From Rhizophagus irregularis (Eukaryota): a stretch of 64,000 bases of DNA. Both the position numbers and the translations under genes were made by a program. Location: assembly GCF_026210795.1 (NCBI RefSeq), contig NC_089429.1, forward strand, positions 1,674,001-1,738,000. Direction: 5' to 3'. The notes under the pieces were generated by a model. That model worked only from the letters and a program-made list of their open reading frames with translations. It made no database searches and was not told the origin of the DNA. Position 1 is the stretch's first letter. Each line of letters starts with the position of its first letter. Below are positions 14,922 to 27,792 of the stretch, piece by piece.

Positions 14922-16075
14922 TAAAAATGGTAAATTTAAACATACGGTATATTAATTAAACTCTGATTTTTTATTCGTATATTTAATTAAAAATTCTATT
15001 TTAGGTTAAAATAGTAAATCTAAAGGGATCAGACTATTTAGATTGAAAGTAATATTTTGCATAGTTCGTGATATGTTATCGTGAGCAAATTTTCATCAAC
15101 TTTTTTTTTTTTTGTATTAATTTTTTACAAATTTCTATTTATTATTATATTAAATGAATTTTTTATTAAATAAAATTTTCGATCATATATAATCATATTA
15201 ATCATGTTATTAATTTAAATATCAAGTAACGATATATAAAAATATTTACATTAATTCTTGATAATTTACTGATTTGGGTTTCTTTAGAATAAATGTCAAT
15301 CTATAAAATAATTTAAATTATAATGAATCATACACAACTTTTTTATTAATTTATAGAGAATGACAACGGACTATATCAGATATGCGATTACAGGGTCTTT
15401 CCCACTTGTAAATTTGAACAATTGAAAAATAATATTTTTGTTTGTTTAAGACTTTAGAGATATAAAAATTATTAATATTGAATTCAATTACCCCTTATAT
15501 ATAGCACAATTAACAAAATTAACGTTGCATTAAATACTATTAATCCAAAGAATGTTTCGTCAAAAATATTTATTTTAATAACACTATATCCATAAAAATA
15601 CGGAATTATGTATTTCTCCGTATCTTTCAGTATACAAAAACGTATCTAAATGTATCTCTCAGTATACAAACGTATCTTTCAGTATAAAACTTTAATATCT
15701 ACTTTTTTACAGGGAGACTTTGAATTATAGATCAAAAGTAATTAGGCCATTCTATGGTAAAGGCGTAAAAAGCGTATTTGGTGCATTAATTTGTGTTACA
15801 AAAAAATAATATATACATTGGCCTTTTGACCTTAGAGTTTTCAGGCTTAATAAAAAAAATAAAAATGTGATTTCTAACTTTTAAAGCGTATTGTTTTTTA
15901 TAATTGTGATAAATTGAGGCATGAACAACTTACATAAACAAAGTATGTAATTTGTATAACAAATTTATGATAATTAAGGATCCAGAAATATATATATGGT
16001 GTTAGGTGGAGAATAAATGAGTTGCACGCAAAGACTTTCGTAAGAGCGGTACTGTAAATAAATTTTATAAATTAA

Positions 16076-16441
16076 ACGAATTTCTTGCTAATGTTAATAA
16101 ACCTTATATATATTATATCATTTATATGACTTTATTTATAGGTAATAATATGAAAAATCTAAATTTTTTAAATTTTTATACAATTTCTTTTATATAATTA
16201 CAAGGGACAATACTTTCATTCATCCCATTTCTAATTACTAATTTATTTATAAAAGTGTTTTGTAAATTTTTTAAAAAAACACTTCAAGATCACTTGTGTT
16301 AAAAAAGTTGCAAGTATAGGTATTCTAATTTAAAAGGAAGAATTTGTCCTAAATTTTGTAATAATAGAACTAATTTCAATACTAAATGATCGATGATTGA
16401 GATTCTGTTTAAAATTTTCAATTAAATTTAATCCTAAACTA
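16076..16441 (-). pseudogene. 3' fragment of an F-box/LRR gene with its 3' flank, internally deleted
   Basis: Nucleotide similarity by eye to 44699-45245 (e.g. TTCTTGCTAATGTTAATAAACCTTA; TATTCTAATTTAAAAGGAAGAATTTGTCCTAAATTTTGTAA = LQNLGQILPFKLEY). Confidence 0.8.
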
Positions 16442-16448
16442 GTATATT

Positions 16449-17883
16449 ACCTTCCGTTGCATTTCTTGGTTCAGAAAAATTTTCAAATTGATAAACTTTA
16501 CTTGTACTATTCGTATAATTTTTTAGACTATTGATATTACTATTTATTTTATTTATTTCTAAATTATTATTATTTTTTTTCTGATTGGTTTGATTTACTC
16601 TGATAAAAGTAATTGAGATTTCTTATTTTATTGCAAAGTGTTTTGATATCAGGTCTTTTTGATGGATCAGCATCCCACATTGTTTCATTAAATTTTTATA
16701 TTCTAAAGGAGTTCTTGATACAATTTTTGGTCTTATGCCATTAACAATATTCATGGCAAGATCATAATTATGTTCATAATTAGTAAATGGTGGTTGCCCA
16801 GAAGAAATTTCCAACATAAACATTGCAATACTATGAATATCAAATTTGAAAGTCTGTTCTTTTCCAATAATAACCTCAGGTGCTATATAAAGAAGATTTC
16901 CGTATATACTTTTTAATGGTTTATCTGCAGGTCCACAAAATCCAAAATCACTAATACTAGCTAGTTATTCCAGTAAATTAAATGATATATTACCAGAATG
17001 CAAATCCATATGAATTGAACTCTTAAAAAGTGTATAATTATACTAGCAGCAATTTATATTATCTCTTTCCATGTAAGTCGATTATTATGATTTTGTTGTA
17101 AATATTTTCTTAAATATATATACATTTTATTTATTACAAGTATATAACTTCCATTTGATGAATCCATAACATCGGATATAGATATTTATTACTTATAGTT
17201 AAATGTGATTTAGCCTACAAAAAGATGCATTAAATAAAATTCTTGAATAAAAGTTTAGTTATTAATTTCTAAATATTTCTAAATTACAAACCTCATTAAA
17301 CCAACTTTGATTTGCATTTTCAACATTTTCTAATCTTTTAAGTACCACATATTACTTTTCAAGTCTTTTTATTTGCTGTTCTTTAGAATCCCATTCATCG
17401 TAACTTCCATTGATCCATTTTGCTGTATAAATCTCAGAGCAACCACCTTTTGTTAGATATTCAATATTTTGAAAATTATTGTAAGGAATCCATTCTGGTA
17501 TTAGATTTGAGACTATTTCTTTCATCTGACATTCTTGTATTAAATTATAAATATTATCATTTCCAGATGTCCAATTTGAAAATTTTGCTTTAAATAATTC
17601 CGAACACAATGCTCACAATATAATGTAGCTAAACATCCTTGGTTACAACTTTCACAAATTCTTTTTGTTCCTTCATTAAGAAATATTTTATCCGTATCAT
17701 AAAGTTTAGTCAATAATCTTATTGCTTCAGGATTTTCATTTTTCTGTAAGTGAATCATCAACAAGAATTTGTTTGTTTTTTAAATTCATATTGTTTATTT
17801 TGATTATTATGAATACTATAATCTATTAAAGCATATGATCTATTAACTGCTGCATTAACTAATTCTTTACGAATACCAGACAT
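16449..17883 (-). pseudogene. TKL-like kinase pseudogene
   Basis: Starts MSGIRKELVNAAVNRSYALID (ATG at 17883). Fragments include CLATLYCEHC, NWTSGN, KGGCSEIY, SDFGFCGP and YIAPE, split by several frameshifts. Confidence 0.85.
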
Positions 17884-19013
17884 GCTTAAATTTTAACAAG
17901 AATTATATTTTAAATAAAAAAAAAATTCAGGGCGAAGTTGGTGCCTTAACGTCATAATTCAAGTTAGTTGTATAACTGTATAACCTAATGAACGTTACAG
18001 TCGTTGCACGCTGTAAATCAAAAAATGTACTACCGAGTCTGTGATTCTGAATTACATAATAGTGCATTATAAATGATAGACAAATTACCGTACTAAGATA
18101 ATATTGAGATCCTGTAAGTAAAGTAGTTAAGACTAATCGGTTTAATTTAATAACTTTAATGTGTAAATTTATATTAAAAAATAAATAAAATTATTAAAGA
18201 GATTGCGAAATTGCAAAAATAAGTAGGTTTTATTGGTTCTTTAATTTGTCGGTAAGACGAAAAATGGTATAGTAATAGGATTGGTTTGCTGAGACGCTAA
18301 AGTCGATATTAAATATAGAGTATAAATAAATATTAAACTATTTATAGTATTTAATAAGACATCATAATATTAAAGTCCCTAATAAGAATTTAATATCTGG
18401 TATAGTAAGGATCGAGTATGTTCTTTACATAGTAAAAAAATACTAGTTTATTTTGAAATTCAATTTAAATTTAATTATTTAGTCTGCAATTATTTCTATT
18501 ATTACTACAAATTTCAGTATTTCAGTTATATAAGATTTTCATTAATATACTGCTATTCACATATTAATTTAATTAATCCTAACTTAATCTAATATGTTAA
18601 TTAATAAGTATGTTGTAGAATATATTTTTCCTGGTATAGTTGATACATTATATTGTACGTAATGATGATAGATATTTATCGTTTAAGACTGTTATTCAAT
18701 TATGAGTAAATATTATTAAATCTTTGTATAAAAATACTGTATAAATTTTTTTAATAAATGAGATATACTTTAAAGGTCTAAATTTATCTCTCCATAAATT
18801 TGGTTCACTAATAATAATTGGTTAATGGTCCAATTTTTGTATTACAAAATCAACTTTAAGAGGAACACTGTGTTATTTGTATGTCACACTAAATAATAAA
18901 TTATTACATCATACAATAAGTATTCAGATCGTATAACCATGCGTATTATATGACTCATAGTTATTATAATTGATATTATTTTTTCTAAACTTCTATTTTC
19001 CTTCCACATAAAG

Positions 19014-20420
19014 ATGACCCTACCCACTTTTAATATAGATATTATTTTTGAAATTATTAATGAGTTAAAAGATGATGGTGCTAGTTTATTCAATTTCCTA
19101 CTTTTGAATAAGCAGATTTGTGAATTAACAATCCCTATACTTTGGGAAAATCCATTTAAATTGTGCAATATAGAAGTTAAAAGTAAACATTATTTGATCA
19201 TACAAACTTATATTAATTGTTTAAATGAAGATGATTATAAGAAATTTATCTCAATCTTAAAAAGAGGATTCAAGGACCATAAAAATGAAATACCACTTTT
19301 ATTTGAATATGGAAAATATTTAAAAGAATTTAATATTCGTGATTTATATAATGCAGTAAGTACATGGTATGAAATTTTCAAAAAAAAAAATAATGTAATG
19401 AAAAGTGAAAGTAAAGTTATAATATTAAAAAACCATCTCTTTCATTCAATTATGAGGCAAAGTCAAAAATTAAATTGTTTAAATTGGAATATAGGTTTTA
19501 ATGATGAAAATTTATTGGAAATCATGCAACACAAAATTAAAGATTTGGATTATCTAACATTATATTGTGATGGGAAGTGTGAAATCAAAATAGCAAAAAT
19601 AAATATCAATTTTTTTAAAAATCACTTTCAAAATCTTTCTAGTTTAAAAATAGAAAAATTATATGGTAATAAATTTACAGAAGATTTTATTTCTCTTGTA
19701 AAATCAAATAATAATCTAAAGGAATTCATTTTTGATTATGGAGTTAAAAAGTAAGTTAATAATCATGTTGATGAACTTATCACAAATATTTTAGAATTAA
19801 GAGCAAATTCTATAACTAAATTGGTATTAAACAATTTGGATTTTAGCAATATATCATTTGATTATATTCTTAAATGCATTAATTTAAGAATATTGGTATT
19901 AAGATCTAATGAAGGATTAAAATTTGAAGGAATTGATTCATTTACTTCATTCAATAATCTTAAAAAGTTAGATTTAACTTTCAATGATTTGTCATCTAAG
20001 GTAACCACTTTGATTATAAAAAAAGCTGGAAATAATTTATCTTCTTTAACAATTGGTGAAGAAGATAATAAAAAATCAATTAATGATGATACTTTAATTG
20101 CTTTGACTCAATATTGTCCAAATATTAATTCATTATCAATTTCTGGGGTTTGTAATAAAGGTTTTGAAATGATTTTTAAATATATTAAAAATTTTAGGCT
20201 AGTTACTTTACAATTATATCAAAATAAAATGAAAGGTACAATTATGAATTTAGAAGGTCTGTTGAATTACATAGAATATGAAAAATCTTTATCAACATTA
20301 GGAATAGGTAGAAATGATGATTATTGGCATTACTATAATTATGGTCGTGATAATTTTAAAGATTTCTTAGATAAGCATAATGTTAGATTAATACTATATA
20401 AACCTAAATTTTACTATTAA
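19014..20420 (+). pseudogene. F-box/LRR protein with one in-frame premature stop (TAA 19752-19754)
   Basis: ORFs 19014-19754 and 19821-20420 are in the same frame and the gap reads as protein (VNNHVDELITNILELRANSITK). F-box-like IPILWENPF and LRRs such as LTQYCPNINSLSI are present. Confidence 0.7.
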
Positions 20421-21429
20421 ATAGAATAATGTTGATATATAAAATTATTAAATTAGTAATACAATTATGGTATAAGACTTGGATAATTATATAATTTTTT
20501 ATACTGTACAAATCTGTACATGCTTCTTAATAAATAAATCTTTTCAAATTTTTTTATTATAACGTGTCATTATTGACGTAAATCTTTGTAATAAGTTAAT
20601 TCTTTGTTCACCCCAGGTCCCATAAGTACAAGCCATCATCAATGGAGAAATAATAATTTTAACCGATTTTATCAACAACATGTGTATAAAATATGTATTC
20701 TTTTACTACTCTTGAAATTCGATTACATCGATATAAAGATGGCAGTTGCTCATAAAGGCTTTCATTTGACTATACCTATGATACATTATTTTTTTGGTGC
20801 TAAATAATACAAATTCTTTCATTGTTATTAAATATCTCTGCGAAATAAAAAAGAGACAAGAAAGATATAAACGGAAGTAATAATACATTTTATTAAGTTT
20901 AAATAAATAATCACGCTTCTATTTGATAATACTTGGGAACTTTTATAGTCATCTTGAATTAATGAATCATGCCTTGTCAATAATTTAAATAATAAATAAT
21001 AATTTGAATAATCATATATCAACATATGTGTGTATAAGCAATGTAACTTCATTTTATTCAAAGTATGATTTGGTTCTATATAAATTTTATAAAAAGGTTA
21101 TTTTAAAAGAAAACCAATAAATCAAATGGGAACCATTCAAAATCCCAACAATAAGAATCTCATTATAATACAAACCAAACATTCACAATCATAATCCTGA
21201 AAATTCAAAAATTCAAAACTCCAACACGATAATGTTACACGATTGTCAATCATTTGGCACAGCAAATATATTTTAGTCGTATGACGTACGAGTCGTACGA
21301 CATGGTAGTCGCATGATATACGACATAGTACAAATCTAAATATGTACAAAAGCTTTTATTAATAAGGTTTCTAAGAACTCTAAATAGATTTTTTTTTAAA
21401 AAAAAAAATTAAAAAAAAATTTTTAAGAA

Positions 21430-22842
21430 ATGTCGAGAGGATATTCATTAGAAAAAGACTTAAGATTATTAATAAATAATCCAAAATATAGTGATATAGA
21501 AATTTTATGTGAGGATGAAAAGAAATTATATGGTTGTAGAGCAATTTTAGCAGAAAGATCCGAAGTATTTGATAGATTACTTTATAATGGGATGAAAGAA
21601 AGTTATGAAAATAAGATTTCTTTTCCAACGATCAATTCTTTTGGAATGGAAATTATATTAGAATACATTTATACTGGATCAATTAAAAATGAATCTTTAA
21701 CAAAGGATAATATAATTGAAACTTTTTATGCTGCTGACTATTTTCAATTACCAGACCTTCAGGATTTTATTGTAAAAAATTTTAAAAATACATTAGAAAA
21801 AAATAACAATGGAAATTATTCACCGGAACTACTGTCTAAATTTGTGGGGAAAATGCCATTAACAGAAGACAATCATATTCTCTTATGTTCGTTAGTTGAA
21901 GAAGTAGCCACTATTTCACTAAATACCATTGAATGCGGTCGATTGTCTATTACAGGCTTTCAATATCTTTTGTCTTGTACATACGAAAAAGAAAAGCCTT
22001 TTGCGACACCAGAATACGAAGTTTTTCGTTACAGTGCTATTCTTGCAGCAAAACAAATTTCTTATGATACATATAAAGCTCTAATGGAACAGTTGCCAAC
22101 TTTAGAGCAAATTGATAACTTGATTCAAGTAGAAAATAAACTTATTGCAAATCATCAAAAAGTTGCTAAAGAATTGGAGCCTTTAATCGAATATATTGAT
22201 TTTAGGCGAATAAAAAGAGGACAATTTGATTTCATTGAACCATTAAAAATTATTCCAGCTGAAATTATTCAACATAATTCAGAATTAGTTGATTCAGATT
22301 TAAACAATATTCGAGGAATACCAATTTATAGATTTAAAGAATCTGAACTTTTTTGGGATAGGTTAGCATGTGGACCAGAACTTATTATTGAGGATAATGG
22401 AAAAGTTGTATGTGCACCAAATGATCTTCATGACTCATGGAGAAGTGTTATGGCTGAAATGGTTTTAGAAAATAAAGGTATTTTTGAATGGGATATTATT
22501 ATTGAGAAGTCCTGTACAATTGCTGCTGTTGGAGTATGTGCATCAGAAAATTTTAATTATGAAACTTGGGCATGGCATCAAACTACTGGATGGGTGTTAT
22601 CCTCCCAAGGTCATAGTGTTAATTCGGGTGAATGGTTAAGAGGCTATTGTCCTTCATTCGGAGATGGCACAAAAATCACTGTTCATTTAGATATGAATAA
22701 AAGAACTTGCGCTTTTACAGTCAATGGAACAAAATATCCAGAATTATCAGCATGGAATAATTTAGCATCAAAGCTCTATCCAGTAGTATCATTAAAATAT
22801 CCTGGTCGGCTTCGAATTCAACCACATCAGAAAAGAGTTTGA
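21430..22842 (+). CDS. BTB/POZ + SPRY (B30.2-like) domain protein (470 aa)
   Basis: BTB signature YSDIEILCEDEKKLYGCRAILAERSEVFDRLLYNGMKES...LEYIYTG...AADYFQL; C-terminal SPRY-like FEWDIII...VGV...ITVHLDMNKRTCAFTVNG...LYPVVSL. Confidence 0.92.
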   Translation: MSRGYSLEKDLRLLINNPKYSDIEILCEDEKKLYGCRAILAERSEVFDRLLYNGMKESYENKISFPTINSFGMEIILEYIYTGSIKNESLTKDNIIETFYAADYFQLPDLQDFIVKNFKNTLEKNNNGNYSPELLSKFVGKMPLTEDNHILLCSLVEEVATISLNTIECGRLSITGFQYLLSCTYEKEKPFATPEYEVFRYSAILAAKQISYDTYKALMEQLPTLEQIDNLIQVENKLIANHQKVAKELEPLIEYIDFRRIKRGQFDFIEPLKIIPAEIIQHNSELVDSDLNNIRGIPIYRFKESELFWDRLACGPELIIEDNGKVVCAPNDLHDSWRSVMAEMVLENKGIFEWDIIIEKSCTIAAVGVCASENFNYETWAWHQTTGWVLSSQGHSVNSGEWLRGYCPSFGDGTKITVHLDMNKRTCAFTVNGTKYPELSAWNNLASKLYPVVSLKYPGRLRIQPHQKRV

Positions 22843-24814
22843 TTGTAAAAATCTATTGATATTATTTTACAACCGACTATAATTAAGGATCTCAATTCGT
22901 GATTCAAATTATTATTAATATAATGAAGAAATTTTTATTCAATTATATGATGTGACCATCTGTATTCTGTACTATATGATCATCTAACATAGGTCAGCAG
23001 ATCAAAAATTTGCGATTATTTCCCATATGAGCTAATCAGACTTGTTCACTAATTGATACCGAGTGATGGTCAGGTGATCAGCAAAGTGTAGAGGACGAGG
23101 AGAATGCACTTTCTCAACAAAACAAGAGTACTTCACTTTATTTTTTCGTATAATAAAATATTTTCTTTTTAAAAAATGGCAAATAAGCAATACCATAAAA
23201 GTATAGTAAACTTTTTGAGGATGCATATTAAAAATTTACTAGGCACCAGACACGTTAAAAAAAGCAATCAAAATGATACAACATCAGAAAATTCGGGTTG
23301 TTGATCAGGTCACAATTTCAGCCAACTCAAAACTTGATCAAAATTCCAAACGATCAGAATTGAACAGGCCTATTATTGCAACATTATTAAAATATTTCTA
23401 ACAGCAGTTATTTATCTCTTGGTGTTATCTGTTATAGTCTATAACGGCAATTTTGTAGTAAATTTATTATTATTATTATTATATTATTTTATTTTTTCAA
23501 AAAACTTACTACTTTGAGATTTAGAAAATGTAACTATTATCATTTGTTATAAAGAATAATAATTTCTTATATAATAAAAGAACAGCTTTACTTTCTTTAC
23601 TCTTGCATTTATTATTTTTTTTTTTCATTTGTTGATCTTGAATTTATGCAATTTTGTCAAATTGTGTTTTGATCTGACATCTGAATAATACATAAGGTTA
23701 GCTCATATGCTTTTTTTTTATTTGAGACTAGATTAAGTTGAATGATTTATGTCACCGCGTATATAATATTAATTTACCACTTTTATAAAAAGGAATAGCA
23801 AATAGGTTAAAGATAATTGCAATGTAATAAAACTTAAAAAAAGATACTTTTTAATATACATATGAAATCTATTGGATAAAAGATTTTATATAATAGTATT
23901 ATAATAGATGAAAATAACTAAAGTAGCCCTGGATAGGTGAGTCGCAGCAGATACTGTAAGGGATTTTTCATTTTTTATAGCGATAATTATTAACTTTGAT
24001 TGCTAATCAATTTTTTTGAAATTTTTATTTTTTATCTTTTAAACTCGGTCACATGAAACTGTTTAGAACTTACTAACTGAAGATCAAAACTTGTTATTTC
24101 ATTTGATAATTAAAGGTATTTTATATTTCATAATTATTAGCTCAATACAATTCAAAAATTAACGTCAGATTTAATTTTATAGTTTTATCTCTTATTTTAA
24201 TATTTACATTATAAAATAATCCGTCAAAATATAATGACGTAACGTTCCTATACATTCGTTATTTTTGTGGAAAAAAATTTATTTTTTTTATTAAAAATAA
24301 GGAAATTTTATTAATCAAGTACAAACTTTTCATAACTAATCTGACAGCATATCATTCGGTAGGTAATTACTGATTGTACGGTGCTACATGCAATTACATC
24401 CTGTAATAGCATTTTTCCCCAGTATCAAGTTTCAGCTACAAATTTTAAAAATACTCGCTGCTAATTTTGGACAAATTTATATTTGGAAAAAGCACATATA
24501 CTGTACTACCTGTGCCTTGGGTACTAGGATTTTTTCATTGAAATTAATAACGTTTAATGAAAAATGTAACTTAAGTGTCAACATTTTTTAACCAAGGAAA
24601 AAAAAATTATATTTAATTATACGATTTTTGAAAAAAAAGTAGTTTTAGAAAAATATATCTAGATTCAAAGTTATTTATTTGGATAAGAAAAAATTTTAAT
24701 AATGTGAAAAGAGCATAATCCTAAAAATAATAAATACAGTATTTGTTCTATCTATATATTTTATATAATCTATATATTATTTATTATATATGTATATTAT
24801 GTGTATATGTATAT

Positions 24815-27742
24815 TGTTACGCAGTAAAAATGTTGCGCAGCAATCATGTGATATAACTGGACCCGTGATGCCGATCAATGTAGCAAATGTCGAATATGTT
24901 TGACATGTTCGATATGTTGCATATGTCCGATATGTAGAATATATAGAATATATGGAACATGTAGCATATATGGGATATATAGAACATGTAGTATATATGG
25001 AATATATAGAACATATAGGATATATAGGATATATAGCATATGTAGCATATGTTAAACATTTTTAGTTTGGAAATTTATGTATATATAGACCTGTAATTAG
25101 ACCTAAATTCAAAATATAGAACGTGTGTGAAGAATTTAATTAATAAAATGTTTACCCTTTAGTATACACCTTAATTTTAAGTTTGGTTTTATATGGTTAA
25201 TCTGCCTTCCCTTATTTGTGTCTGATTGTATGCGCCAGTGTGAAGCGATACTCTATTCACATCTGATTGGATTGATTTTAACATATACGTTGATCCTTAA
25301 AATTACCTTCTGCTTTATTAAATATAAACATTTTTTAATGTATAGCTTATTTTTAAGCTCATAAGAACTGACTCATAACAATTGGTGCCTTCTGCCAGAA
25401 ACATTCCTTACTCCACCCCAAACTCCTTAATATCGCTAAAACCCCTTTACCCTACCATAAATTTCCTACATCCATTTAAAACTTTATGATTAATGACTTT
25501 TAATGATATTTATTTTCGTGGATTTAATCCATTATTAATGAATTTGCCGATATTAAGATAGAAATAGAACTTTCTTAATAGTTTAGAGCATAAATTTAAC
25601 ATTATCAACATTTATAAACTCTTCACAATGATCTAATGATACACACTTCAAATTCCAAATTTATTATTTCGGATTAATAATAATCTTAAAGAAAAGTGGT
25701 TATTCTTAGTATTCTCTTAGGATATTATATTTCAAAAAGAGAAGGTTCTCCTCATGAATTACCAAATATATGTAATTTCCCATCTAACTTATTGTTTAAT
25801 GCACCTGAGAATTATAAGCAAGAAATTTTACCTTTAGATGCTATAGATATAATGTATACTGGCTATTATAATTTTAAACAAGCATAATGTAATTCAAGTG
25901 GCTTAAAGTTGGATCATACATCAAAATTGCAAAGATTTATCTATTTATACTTTGGAAAGATATCCTTCTTTATAACAACGAGATTGATAATAGTCTTTAA
26001 GTGTTTTATTGATGAATTTGAGAATGTATCGCCCATGATGATGCCATTGCTTTAGAATTTCATTTTTAGAGAATACCAGCAGTTAATTGATATAATGTGT
26101 CTGAGTTTTCCGATCTCATGCTCTATTTTTACTTGAAAATTTGGACAGAAATTGGACAAAGGAAAATATTACTGCTATTACGAACCTTCTTCATAACGAT
26201 AGACCATAATGATTTTCTGATAAAAAGAAAGATACCAAAAATTTGTGTAAATCTTCTATTCCATTTGGCAACAACAATGATTGTGTCTTTGACCTTATTA
26301 CATCAATCATCCATTGGACACCTGTAATTTTATCAGAAATACTTTTACTTTCTCAATCAACACAGGACTTACCCTAAAAGCAAATAGTGTATAAGAGACA
26401 ATGCCATGATACAGTATATTTGTAATATAGTATAGGGAAATTGGAGATTTTATTGCTAGAAATTATTGCAATTTTTCCCACATAGCGTAAAAAAGTAGTG
26501 CACTTAAGATCATGATGTAATGGTATGGCCATCAGTTATTGATTGGGCTAATTGAAGTTACCACTCCATAAAGAAGGTATGATACAATAAAACGAAAAAT
26601 CTTGAGGATGAATTACAGTATGTGGACCACAAGACTTGTTAATTAAATGGATAGAATCAAGTAGACGATTTTAGGATAGATTCGCAACTTTTACTTTCTT
26701 CTCTGGAAATTTCATTTTTACTTTAATCCCATCAGTTCAGAATGCTTGAAACTGTATTACCAATGATCGGATCCATAAATATTCATGTAATGAAAAATAC
26801 TTGTATCAAGACCAACCAGCAGTTATCATACCTTATCCTCCATCATTCAGCAAACACATTGGCCATGAAGAAAAATTTTGTGTGTTAAAGGAAGCAATTG
26901 AATGATCAAAACACTTCGGAAATAAAGTCTTATTGTTAACAAATTTATTCTATATGGGCCAATTTCTAGAAAAAAAATGACTGGTACTTTGCAAAGTCAT
27001 TATGCACAGTAATTATCGATACATTACCTTCAACCATTTGAATATTATATATTGAGCTTCCCGGAGTTGTTCAAATTACCAGGACTACCAACCATGATTC
27101 AGCAATTAAGTCATGAAGAATATCAAAAGTTGGTTAGAAATTTTCAACGGGAGTTGAAAACTTGAGCGGGGAGTGATGTTACGCAGTAAAAATGTTGCGC
27201 AGCAATCATGTGATATAACTGGACCCGTGATGCCGATCAATGTAGCAAATGTCGAATATGTTTGACATGTTCGATATGTTGCATATGTCCGATATGTAGA
27301 ATATATAGAATATATGGAACATGTAGCATATATGGGATATATAGAACATGTAGTATATATGGAATATATAGAACATATAGGATATATAGGATATATAGCA
27401 TATGTAGCATATGTTAAACATTTTTAGTTTGGAAATTTATGTATATATAGACCTGTAATTAGACCTAAATTCAAAATATAGAACGTGTGTGAAGAATTTA
27501 ATTAATAAAATGTTTACCCTTTAGTATACACCTTAATTTTAAGTTTGGTTTTATATGGTTAATCTGCCTTCCCTTATTTGTGTCTGATTGTATGCGCCAG
27601 TGTGAAGCGATACTCTATTCACATCTGATTGGATTGATTTTAACATATACGTTGATCCTTAAAATTACCTTCTGCTTTATTAAATATAAACATTTTTTAA
27701 TGTATAGCTTATTTTTAAGCTCATAAGAACTGACTCATAACA
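24815..27742 (+). mobile_element. Non-autonomous LTR retrotransposon, two 566-bp LTRs (24815-25380, 27177-27742)
   Basis: LTRs look identical, with TGTTA...TAACA termini. 4-bp TSD ATAT at 24811-24814 and 27743-27746. PBS-like TGGTGCC just after the 5' LTR and purine tract GAGCGGGGAGTGA just before the 3' LTR. No gag/pol ORF in the 1.8-kb interior. Confidence 0.93.
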
Positions 27743-27792
27743 ATATTGCATATGATTCTAAGATTCTAAAAATAATAATATTAATAAGTTTT

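Noticed and set aside
15590..15715. CGTAT-rich repeats ending TTTTTTACAGGG (similar ends near 560 and 8470)
   Set aside because: Probably lone transposon termini; no matching partner end or TSD could be assigned.
24844..25059. Identical 71-aa ORFs here and at 27206-27421
   Set aside because: Translation of the 9-bp periodic repeat inside the two LTRs.
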